Both the position numbers and the translations under genes were made by a program. A stretch of 58,680 nucleotides of DNA, filler included, from Malassezia furfur (Eukaryota), in assembly GCA_052055015.1 (NCBI GenBank). It is 6 parts of 6 records of this genome, joined end to end, with 100 filler letters (N's around TTAATTAATTAA, not from the genome) between each part and the next. Parts side by side here need not be neighbours in the genome. Positions count along the whole stretch, not along the records: positions 9,869 to 19,623 come from JBQJIT010000411.1; positions 19,724 to 29,416 come from JBQJIT010000412.1; 4 more parts are not named here. One strand, written 5' to 3'. The stretch's first letter is position 1, and each line of letters begins with the position of its first letter. A model generated the notes under the pieces. The model saw only the letters and a program-made list of their open reading frames with translations. It was not told the DNA's origin and ran no database searches. Positions 10,111 to 20,209 of the stretch are shown piece by piece.

Positions 10111-12383
10111 ATGCAGGCCGACGTGCCGCCGGGCGCCGCGCTGCACGCGATGCTCGCGACGCCGCACGACGAGCCCGCGACGCACGAGGCATTTGCCGTG
10201 CTCTCGGAAATGTACCCCGGCGCCGACTTGCGCCGCATCCGCGCACACGCGCGGCGCGACCTCCGCCGCGACGCCAACCGCGCGACACGCACGTTTTGCG
10301 CGGCGCTCGCGGACGTCGACGCTGCGCTCGCGGACATGGAAAGCGAGACTAGCAACGCAAAGAAGGCGTGTGAGACGACGCTCGCGTCCATGGACGACGC
10401 CATCGCCGCAGCGCAGCCGGTGCTCGAGCATGCAGGCGCACTCACCAAGCAGAGGTAGGTCCCTCACTCACCCAGCGAAACCGCCCAGCTTCACGAGGAG
10501 ATGGCGCGAAAGCTGCTGGACCGCATGACGCTCTCGGCCACCGAGGAACAGGCGCTCCTGCAGTCCGACGCGCCCGTCGACGCTGCACTGCTTGCGTCCA
10601 TCGACAAGCTGCATGCCATCCTGGGCGACGCCCTCCTCCTCATGGACCTTGGCGACCTGCGTATCGGCGACAACACACCCGCAGACGGTCCCCATCCCGA
10701 GCACCCGTCGTCGGCACGCATCCCGGAAGAGGCCCAGGCCACGATCGATCTTCGTGCGCGCGCGTCGGCCCTGCTCGATACGGCGTACCGCCGCGTCGCG
10801 CATTATGCGTCGTCGGCGCTGCGCCGGCTCCCGATCGAGGGCGCCGAGGCACCCGAGATCCTGCGCGCAGCACTCCAGCGCCTCGCCGCGCGCGAGGACC
10901 TCTTCCGCTCCGTCCTCGCGGCGTTTGCCGAAACGCGCGCGGCGCTGCTTCCCGACGCATTCGTGCATGCGCTCACGGTCGGTGGGCCAGCGCCCACCTA
11001 CCTGCCGCGCCCCATTGAGATGCACGCGCACGACGCGGCACGGTACGTGTCCGACATGCTCGCCTGGGTGCACCAGCTGCTGGCGAGTGAGCGCGAGCTG
11101 ATCGTGTCGCTATTGGCATCGCTAGCACCGCCGCCGCCCGCCGCCGACGATGCCTCCGCACGCAGGCACCACCGCCGGATTGGCGAGCGGCACACGGGCC
11201 TCGACGCGAGCGTCGACCTGCGCGGCGCCGGGCCGCTTCTCCGGCCGGGGCACACGACGCTGGATGCACCCGTCTTTGACGCGCTCGTGCGCAACATCCT
11301 CGAGCGCAACGTCGCAGGCTGTTGCCGCCCACTCAAGGTGCGTGTGCTGCACACGCTGCGCAGCCAGATGGACGGCGTGGTGGTGCTTCGCCTCTATTTT
11401 CTGCTGCGTTTTTACCGCACGACCATGCAGCATACGATCGGCGCGCGTGCCGAGCTTAGTACGACGCTGCGCGAACTTGTGCAGGTCGCCGATGAGTCCT
11501 TTGTGCGTGCGCTTCAGGCGTTCTTTGACGCGCGCCTCGCGCACTTCGCTGCGCTGCCCGGCGCCGACGCACTGGCCGCAACGCGCGAAGCGGCACAGCT
11601 TGTGCGTGCGAGTCTGCAGGAATGTGCTCAGGCGCGCGACGCGGATGCGTCAAGCACCGAGGACGTCCAGGCACTCGAGCGCCACGTCGCCACACACTTT
11701 GTCGAGCCGCTGCGCAAGGGCGTCGCGGCCTGTGCGATGCGGCCACGCGCTGAGACATCCGCGGAGCCCGACGGATGGTCGCGATACCTGCGCTGGTCCG
11801 CGGCACCGAAGGCGGCCGAGCGCGTGTACGAAACGCAGGCGTGGCATGCCGACGTCTTTCTTGTCCAGGCGCTCGCCCCAGTCTGGGTACGTCGATGCAC
11901 TAACTCCAGTCGGCGCTGCAGCCATATGAGGGCGAAACTCAAGCGACTTGCCGTCAACTGTCGGTGCAGCTTAGCGCAGCGCTCGAGCGCATCGCCGAGG
12001 CACACGTACGTCGCTTGCTCACACAGTACACGGCGCTCGTTCAGGATGCGGCGCTCGATTCGGTCGTCAACAAGACGTCGGCGACGGACGCTGCGGTCGG
12101 CGAGGCACTGCATGCTTTTCTAGCGTCGCCTGAGCTGCTCATTGCACCCTCGCGGCTGCAAGCACTTCCTACGCCCCTCCCAGCCACGATCCACCGCGCG
12201 GCGCTCGCCCAAATCGCCCACCAGTACGCCGAAGCGCACCCGGCGCCCGTCTCGCCCGAGGCGGCCAGTCTGCCCGCTCCGAGTGAGGTTGCGATGCTTC
12301 TGGATGTGCAGGACACCAAGAAGGCCATGCCTGCACGTGCATTGCTCGAGCGCGCGCTAGTTGCGTCTACGAAAAGTACTTAG
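10111..12383 (+). CDS. COG6: Conserved oligomeric Golgi complex subunit 6, 2 introns
   Basis: Motif PRPIEMHAHDAARYVSDMLAWVHQ. Introns 10455-10475 (21 nt) and 11887-11909 (23 nt) join three ORF-track fragments in frame. Confidence 0.88.
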
Positions 12384-13078
12384 GCGCTGCGTTCTCGTAG
12401 CCCTTCATGTCCTCGGGGGCAAAGCAGCAGAATACGACCTGGTCGAGCTTGCTGCCGCTCGGTCCCTCGAGGAATGCCTTGACCTGCTCGAGCGCCGCAT
12501 CGGTCGCGGCTGCCTTGGGGTAGCCGTACACCCCGGTCGAGATCGAGGGGAACGCCTGGGTGAGCCATGCGCCCACATACCACGGAACGCAGCCCTGCGT
12601 CGGCGGCGACCTGCAAGCTGTTGCGGTACGCAGCCTGGAGCAGGGCCTTGCTTTCGCTCGGAGAGTTCTCCGCATCTGTATGAGTGCCTGGACCACGTAC
12701 AAACGGGGCCGACGGTGTGGATGACTGCCTTGGCAGGCAGGTTGTAGCCCTTGGTCAGCTTTGCTTCGCCGGTCGCACATCCCTGGGTTAGGCTATGACA
12801 CACATTGTGCTGGCGGCACTCCTCCAAGAAGCGTTTATCATTCGCAGCGCGGTGGATGGCGCCATCGACTGCGTGAGCGTAGCACGTACCGCCGCCGCCG
12901 CCCAGGAGCGAGTTGTTTGCGGCATTGACGATGGCGTCGACACGCACTGCATCAGCGCGCGGTTACCTACGCTTCGTAATGTCACTGCGTCAGATTATTC
13001 CACTTACCCGCAGCACAGCGCGATCTTCTTGGCAAGCGCGTTGGCAAACGGAAGCGGCACGAGCGTCGGTGCGGCCAT
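12367..13078 (-). CDS. MacroD/YmdB-type macrodomain protein (ADP-ribosylhydrolase / O-acetyl-ADP-ribose deacetylase family), 6 introns
   Basis: Spliced product [33 protein letters not shown]...[24 protein letters not shown]...[13 protein letters not shown]. Introns 12985-13007, 12947-12970, 12869-12889, 12783-12803, 12676-12700 and 12556-12580; 14-nt exon at 12971-12984. Confidence 0.92.
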
Positions 13079-13174
13079 GATGTGGGGAGCTTCGGCCCTA
13101 GGCACCTCCACCTGGCCCAAGCACTCCGTCGCGCGGCGTGCAAATTTGCAATTTCCTCGTCGACCTTCTTGGAC

Positions 13175-13566
13175 ATGAGTGTGCCCCAACACCCCCAGCA
13201 GCAAGTCATCCTCCAGCACGCGCCGGAGCCCAGTGTGCTTTCGAAGCGTACGTGCACCGACTTACACAGTCACGATGGGCGCCATGATGGGCTCGCTTGT
13301 GGGCCTCACCATTGGCTTTATCGGCGGTGGTTTCCAGATCCTTCGGTACGTCGCCTCTCTGACCCAGTGCCGGTCCTGGCCCCCGCGGTGCTCTTGCGAC
13401 GCTGTCGCAATACATGCTGTCTTCTGGCGCCACGTTCGGCTTCTTCATGTCGATCGGCTCGGTCCTCCGCACCGAGTCGGCGCTGCACGACGACGAGCGG
13501 TGGCGCGCCGCTTTCCGTGCGCACGGCAACCGCGTCACGATCGCCGAGCGTGCGCGGCGCGAGTAG
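13175..13566 (+). CDS. MGR2: Mitochondrial TIM23-associated Mgr2/Romo1, 2 introns
   Basis: Spliced product KLTMGAMMGSLVGLTIGFIGGGFQILRAGPGPRG...MLSSGATFGFFMSIGSVLR. Introns 13248-13269 and 13346-13367 (22 nt each). Confidence 0.9.
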
Positions 13567-13586
13567 TTGATACAGGTAGCTACGTA

Positions 13587-14531
13587 CTAGGTAATGCGAC
13601 GCAGCTTCGCCTGGATGAACCGGCGGTCCATCACCGCGCCGGTGCGCCGGTTGGTGTTGACCTTGACGACTTCCTCCACGCGGCCCTCGAGGCCGCCGGC
13701 CTCGGCGACGAGCGCTTCGACCTCGGCCACCGTGAAGAAGTAGGCCATGGTGTGGTCACCCCGGCGGTACCAGTCGTGGTCGTCGCTCAGCAGGCTTGGC
13801 TCGGCCCACTGTGCGTCCTTGCGCGTATGGAAGCGCAGCTGCGCCAAATCGCCGCGCGCATAGTCGCGGAACACGACCGTGGCACCGAGCGGCACAGCAC
13901 GCAGCAGCGAGCGTAGCACTGGCACATGCTCGTGCGGCGGGATGGCCGACATCACAAAGATGAGCGACAGCGTGGTGACTGGCGGCCACTCGCGCCGCGC
14001 GAGATGCTCGGCGAGCGCATCCGACGTGCGCTGGCCCACCAGGTCGTACACGAACGCATTGACGCGCGCCTCGGTGTACGCGGGGTGCGCTTCGACCATC
14101 TGCACAGCGCGCGGCGAAAAGTCGCAACAGTGCACGCGGAGCGCCGCGTTCTTCTCGAGTAGGGGGTATACCGTATTGCCGACGCCGCAGCCGACCTCGA
14201 GTAGGACGGGGGTGTCGGTGGGGAGCGCGGTATCGATGTGTTCCTCGTCACCCTCTGCGCCCGTATCGCTCGCGGCGCGCAACTCCTGGAACTCACGGTC
14301 GGTCCAGTGCCGGTTTTTGAAAAACTTGTCCTGGTGCGCCTTGTAGAATTTGTCCCATGCCTTGCCCGCCTCGCGCTGCATCTTGTCGATCATAAATGGC
14401 GTGCTGACGCGCCGATTCTGTGCGAGCACGTCGTCGGCACGCGTCTGCGGCACGCTCGCAGGCACATTGCCCGGGATCGGCCTCGGCGCACGCGCCGCGT
14501 CGTGCGCCGGCGGCGCGTCGGCGGCCTCCAT
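13587..14531 (-). CDS. METTL6: tRNA m3C methyltransferase, METTL6/Trm140-141 family
   Basis: WDKFYK....FFKNRHWTDREF, SAM motif LLEVGCGVGN, CDFSPRAV, FRDYARGDLAQLRF. Confidence 0.85.
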   Translation of the reverse strand: MEAADAPPAHDAARAPRPIPGNVPASVPQTRADDVLAQNRRVSTPFMIDKMQREAGKAWDKFYKAHQDKFFKNRHWTDREFQELRAASDTGAEGDEEHIDTALPTDTPVLLEVGCGVGNTVYPLLEKNAALRVHCCDFSPRAVQMVEAHPAYTEARVNAFVYDLVGQRTSDALAEHLARREWPPVTTLSLIFVMSAIPPHEHVPVLRSLLRAVPLGATVVFRDYARGDLAQLRFHTRKDAQWAEPSLLSDDHDWYRRGDHTMAYFFTVAEVEALVAEAGGLEGRVEEVVKVNTNRRTGAVMDRRFIQAKLRRIT

Positions 14532-14562
14532 CGTAGTCCCACGTGGCTTTCGTCCTTCCGCG

Positions 14563-17500
14563 ATGTCGGCGTGGATGTCGAGCGGGCGCGAGCCCGTGGT
14601 CCTGCTGCAGGACTCGGTGTTCCGCGTGCGCCAGTTCGTGCAGACGCTCCCACCGGGTGCTAACGAGGCGCTGCACGCCGACCCGTACGTCGCGCCGAAC
14701 GCCGCGGGCATCGACGCCGAGTCGGAGTATGCGTTCTGTACAACGGCCGACCGTGCGCATGTCTGGCGGAGCAACAGCGCGAACCCGACGTGCTACACGT
14801 TCCCGATCCCTGCATCGAGCGACCACTGTGCTGTGCACTGCACACTCCTCCCGCGACCGCTCAACGAGAGCGCCGAACCTGCGCTGCTGCTCGCGAATGC
14901 CCAGGGCGAAGTGCGGTTCTGGGACGTGGTCTCTGACGCATTCACCACGCCTGAGGCCGAAATCGTGCAGACCCAGCTCCCGCTCGAGCACGGCGAGGTG
15001 CTTACCGCTGCCACACGCATCGACGTACGTCCCGCCCACTGACGCAGCCGAGCCAAGCCGTGTACGCAACGAGCGCGGCGCGCCTCTTCCGCGTGCATGC
15101 CTACGTACACCGCGGCGAGCACCACCTCGTGCACTCCGTGTATACCGAGCACAAGGGCTTGCTCAGCCGCTTCTTCCAGTCGGCGCCGGGCGCGGCCGGG
15201 AGCGGCACCATCAAGCGCCTTGCGGTCGGCGCCGCGTCGGCGGATGCACTGCATGTGCACCTGTATGCGCTCAGCGCCCATGCCGTGCAGGTGTGGCGCG
15301 TGCCAATCGCCGGCTCTGGCGCGGCGTCGCACCAGCCCAAGCACCTCGTTGACGACGACCAGCTGCACAAGACCATCGCGAGCCGCGCGATGTGTGCGAG
15401 CGGACGGCGGTACAGCAACGCCGCTGGCGCCCAGCTGCAGCTCGTCGACATTGCGCCGTTGTCAGCGCACCGCATCGCCGTGCTGTACGCGGACCAGAGC
15501 GACGTGTCGTCGAGTGCTGCGGCGTACGGCCTGGCGCTGGTGGGCGTCGCCGCCGACGGCACACTGGCCGTAGAGCAGGTGCGTCCACTGGCCTACCGCC
15601 GCGCGAACGACCCCCGTGCCCTGCCGCGCCTCGCCGTGTCCGAGAGCGCGCCGCCCGTCGCGTTTGTCGCGTTCGACGACGCGCTCGTCACGCAGCTGCT
15701 CGGCGATACCGCCGGCGGCGCCGTCGAGGAGAGCGTCGTGCTCAAGCCCGGCGAGAACCGTGTACTGGGTGCGGCACTGGTGCTCGCACCTGGCGCACCG
15801 GGCGCGCGCGCGGTGCGCTGGGCCGCGCAGACGTCGCACAGCGGCGTGCTGCTCGTCGACATGGACGTGGCACATGCGGCACACATCGCCGAGGAGCAGC
15901 AGCCAACGTCGCCGACCATGCACGCCGCGCGCGTTGCGCGCCTCCAAGAGCGCCTCGAGAAGGGCGTGTGGTACGGCGAGGACGCGGCGAATCCGCTGCA
16001 GCTCGACACGCTCCCCGACGACCTCGACACGGATCTGCTGCAGGCCGCTGTCGAAAACATCAGCCGTGCGCTCGTGCGTGGCGAGCTGAGCGCAATGCGT
16101 ACGTCGGTCGACCTGCGCACGGCGCTGGCGCAGCGCGTGGCGTGCTGCGTGCGCCTGATTGCGCTCGTGGGCGAGAATGGCTACCTGATGCGCCTCGCCC
16201 GCACCGCGCGCCTGCAGCTGCGCAGCGATGCCGAGCTGCTGGCCGGTGCGGGCGACCTGTGGCGCTTCTTTGATGATAGCGTGCAGAGCGGCACGCACGG
16301 CGCACACCTGCTCCCCGCGGCGATCCACACCGCGCTCGGCACGCAGAGTACGCCGCACGACACGGAGCGCTTCTTTTTCGAGCACGAGCTGGAGCAGATG
16401 CCTGCGCTGCTCGCCGCACTGCTTGCCGCCGTGCAGCCGCGCACGGACGATGCGCGCGCCGTCGTCGAGGCTACGCGGCTCGTGCTTGCGCTGCGCTTCG
16501 GCGCCGCGCGTTTCCGCGCGGAGCACGGCGAGGCGTATGCCCTCGACGCCACGCCGGCCGTTGCGTTCGAGCCGTGGTTCGCGCACGCGAGCAGCATTGA
16601 GCTGCTCGAGACGCTTTTCCGTGCGACGCTGCACACGCTGCAGCGCAACGCCAAGGGTGTCAAGGTCGCCGAGCTGCGCACGCAGCTGTGTGCGCTCGCC
16701 GAGTTTACCATGGACACGTACGATGCGCGCCTCGTCTACCTCACCGCGGCTGCGGCCGACGGCGACGGGAGCGGTCCGGCGCTCGAGGCGACACGCGCCG
16801 CGTACGACCACGCGCGCCCTGCGCTGCTGCACCCATTGCTCGACGTCGGGCGCGCCGACAAGGCGTTTGCGCTCGCCGAGCAACACCGCGATTTTGCAAC
16901 ACTCACTGCGCTGTGCTTTGCGACCGCACCCGAGGACACCGCGGGTGGCAAACGTGCTAAGCATACGCACCCCGCGGCCGCCGCGCACGAGCCGGCCGAG
17001 GTGCGAGTCGAGGCCTACCTGGACCGATACGGCATGCCGTTTGCCGAGGAGCTGTATCAATACTACATCCAGCACGGCGCGTTCCGCAAGCTGTTTGAGC
17101 CGCAGCCGGAGCATGCGCCGCTTGTGCTCACCTTCCTCGAGACGCATCCGCAGTATCGTCGCATGGCGTGGGTGCACGACGTGCTGCTCGGCCGCTTTGA
17201 CCGCGCGAGCGCCATGCTCCGTGTCTGTGCGCGCGAGGAGCGCGACGACTACCGCGCGAAGCAGTCGATGCTGAGCCTCGGCAAACTCGCACACCTCGCG
17301 ACGCTCAGCGACCTCGACGCGGCGCTCGCCGCGCCGCAGGAGCAGGCGGCGCTCGAGGCGTTTGACGACGCCCTGGACCTCGTCCACGTGCAGAACCGGC
17401 TGCGCGACCGCTGGGCACATGCCGCGCACACGGCCCAGACCGCACCCGAGGCCGCCGCGGAGCGTGTCGTGCAGACCGTCGCGCCGCGCCTCGACGCATG

Positions 17501-18206
17501 GCCCGCGACGCGCGCGCTGTTTGTCATGCTCGCCACGCAGCTGCTCGCCGGCCACGTGGCATCGGGCGAGGCGCTCGTGGACCTGCTCACCCTGCAGGAC
17601 CCTGCGTACGCGGCGCCCGCCGCCGACACGGCGCTGACCGACTTTGCCATTGCGGTGCAGGTGTACGTGCGCATCGACGCACCGGGTGAGCAGAAGCACA
17701 CGCTACTCGCGATGCTGTGGCGCCGGCTGTACCTCCAGGACGATTGGCACGCAGCAAGCTCCACGGCGCACAAGACCGACCAGGCCGTGCTGGAGGAGGT
17801 GCGCAGCACCGTGGCCTTTGCCACCATCCAGGCGGTGCTTGCGAACGAGAGCACGGCGCACGTGCTGCTCAGCCCCGAGCAGGTGTGCGCCCGTGCGCCG
17901 CCGAGTGTCGAGGCGCTCGCGGCGCGCTTCCCCGGTGTGCCGCACGTCCAGCTCACGCAGCTCCATGACGAGTGGGAGGCGGAGCATGCACAGCTCGTCG
18001 AGCTCGTTGAGCAGACCAAGCTCGCCTCGTTCTTTGCGCAGGTACTCGCCCAGCCCGTGCCCGATGCCGACCCGGTCGAGGCCCGGACGGCACGCGCCGA
18101 CGAGGTCGACGAGGACGACGACATGCACGACGCGCCGTGGGCTGAGCGCAAGCTGCCCGGGTACGCCGCATTTGATGCGCCTCTTGACGTCGAGGAGGCA
18201 ATATAG
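14563..18206 (+). CDS. NUP133: Nucleoporin Nup133, 1 intron
   Basis: About 1200 aa, propeller-like N-terminus plus helical stack; AFALAEQHRDFATL, WVHDV...FDRAS, MLSLGKLAHLA. A 23-nt intron at 15025-15047 joins the 14350 and 15060 ORFs. Confidence 0.8.
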
Positions 18207-18400
18207 TGGGTAGGTGCAAGCAGCACAGCCGAGATAGGTGTGGGCGCCGAGCCACCAGGGCGACATGGCCGCGGCCTACGTCGCTGCGCGGCGCGACCGA
18301 GGGGCCACATCCCAGTGCTTCGCCGCCATACACAGTGCATCGTGGGCGGCACCGCGTGTCACGGCGCGCCATCCCCTCTCCCTCTATATGCTACCTACGC

Positions 18401-19623
18401 CTAGCGCCGCCGCACGGTCTGCGACTGCTGCAGCTTGCGCTGCGCACGCTTCTTCTCGATCTGCTTGCGCTTCGCCTGCTCAGCAGGCGTGAGCTTCTCA
18501 AACTTTTCCTGCTGCGCCTTGCGCCGCGCCTCCTCCCGCTCCTCCTGCTCGTCGGCATCCGCGTACTGCGCGGCCTGCTCCTCAAGCGCCTTGGCGACCT
18601 CGACGCGCGTCTTCTTCAGCGAATTTTGCGTCTCGGGACGCAGCGCCAGGAGCGTCGAGCGGCCCAGCGACGCGAGGTAGAGCGCATCGATGATATCGAG
18701 TGCCGCGGCGAGCACGGGGAACGTCGCCTCCGTGTCGCGCACCGAGCGCGGCAGGCGCAGCGTTACCACCACGCGGTCCACACTCGGCGAGCTTGCCGAG
18801 GCCGGGCGCGATTCCGGCTGGTCGCTCACGACGATGCTCTCGACGAAGCGGCCGGCGGGGCCATTGATGGCCTCGACGAGCCCAAGACGCTTGCGCTGCT
18901 CGTCGCCGCGCGCGCCGACCTCGCCCAGGAAGCGGTCCGTCAGCTCGCCGTGCTCCGACGCAATCGCGAAGCGCTCGTCCAGCGCCCGCTGCGCGTTGGC
19001 GTTGTCCGCGTCGGCCACCTTGGCGAACAGGAGGTCAAACCGGTTCTGGCGCACGTGCTGCAGCGCGTGCTTGTCAATCAGTGCAAAGGTGCCGAGCGTG
19101 CGCTTCTCGTCGCGCGGCAGGCGGAAGGCGAGCGCGACGCGGTCGTGCACTTGGACGGGCGTCGAAGGGAGCCACAGGTGGTCATACAGGAATGCGCCCA
19201 CGCGCTTGAGCACATCGTGGCGCGGCGCAAGTTGGAGTGTGGCCTGCAGGGCATCGACACCACGCCGGCCTGACGCAAACAGCATGGCGTCCGCCGCGCC
19301 GTTCCAGACGAGCAGCGAGCGGTCGTCGCCGGCGCCGACGAGCGCAAACTCGGTGCGCAGCGCGCGCGCGTACGTCTCGGCGAACTGGTTCGCGATACGG
19401 CGGTTGCGCCAGCGGCCGATCCAGGCTGCCAGCGCGTACAGCAGCGCGAGCGCGAGCAGCGCGCCCTGCAGATAGAACTGCTCCGGGTAGAAAGCGACGT
19501 GGAACTTGCCGACGTCGCCCTCCCAGAGCGGGGGGTGAGTGGGCTTCGGCACCGCACGAAACGGGTCGAGCACCTTGGTGACCGCGTCGGCGAGCGGCTG
19601 GAATCGCTGCGCAAGCACGTCCA
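18401..19623 (-). CDS. DUF1682/CCDC47 (PAT complex) ER membrane protein, 5'-partial
   Basis: Single TM followed by GRWRNRRIA..F, FASGRRG, and a C-terminal coiled coil KFEKLTPAEQAKRKQIEKKRAQRK. Confidence 0.8.
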
Positions 19624-19723
19624 NNNNNNNNNNNNNNNNNNNNNNNNNNNNNNNNNNNNNNNNNNNNTTAATTAATTAANNNNNNNNNNNNNNNNNNNNN
19701 NNNNNNNNNNNNNNNNNNNNNNN
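19624..19723. other. Artificial contig spacer
   Basis: N44-TTAATTAATTAA-N44. Confidence 0.99.
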
Positions 19724-20000
19724 TACGCGCCGCGCGCTGCGGGTGCTGCGCGCCGAGAACCAGTCGCTGCGTGCGCGCGAGTACCTCGCGACGCTGGCGT
19801 CGCTCGCGCCGCTGCCGAAGCCGCAGCACAAGGCAGCGCACGAGGCACCGTGGGACGCGCTTGCCGACGAGGCGCGGCGCCTCGCGACGGCGCCGTGCGT
19901 GGTCGATATTTCCAAACCGTCGCGGCGCGCGGCGGTGCAGTACGAGGCGCAGTGCCGCGCGCGGTGCCGGCTCTCTGAGCAGGTCGCGCGGCTTGTATAG
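19724..20000 (+). CDS. 3' end of a protein resembling the basidiomycete dynactin p150 C-terminus (partial)
   Basis: RAALRVLRAENQSLR...LAPLP...AP.VVDIS resembles, from memory, the LR.EN..L...LPPLP...P.VVDLS tail of fungal p150Glued. Confidence 0.45.
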
Positions 20001-20106
20001 GGTTGTAGGATAGGAAGGAGACCATGCGGTTATCTGGACTGCGCTGCCGGTGGGGCGACGCGAGCGGAGCGCTGCCTCGGGCGCTCGTCCGTCGCGGGCG
20101 GCGTGC

Positions 20107-20158
20107 CGAACTCGCGCGCGGAGCTCGCGCACGGAGCTCGCGCACGGAACTCGCGCGC
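20107..20158. repeat. 13-bp tandem repeat x4 (consensus GGARCTCGCGCRC)
   Basis: cgaactcgcgcgc ggagctcgcgcac ggagctcgcgcac ggaactcgcgcgc. Confidence 0.9.
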
Positions 20159-20209
20159 CTGCCGTCTGGTCCACGCTGGACTCCACATCCTATCCACATT
20201 GCACACTAC

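Noticed and set aside
20107..20158. Short direct repeats as a CRISPR-like array (also 49667-50018)
   Set aside because: Tandem units without unique spacers, eukaryotic context, no cas genes.
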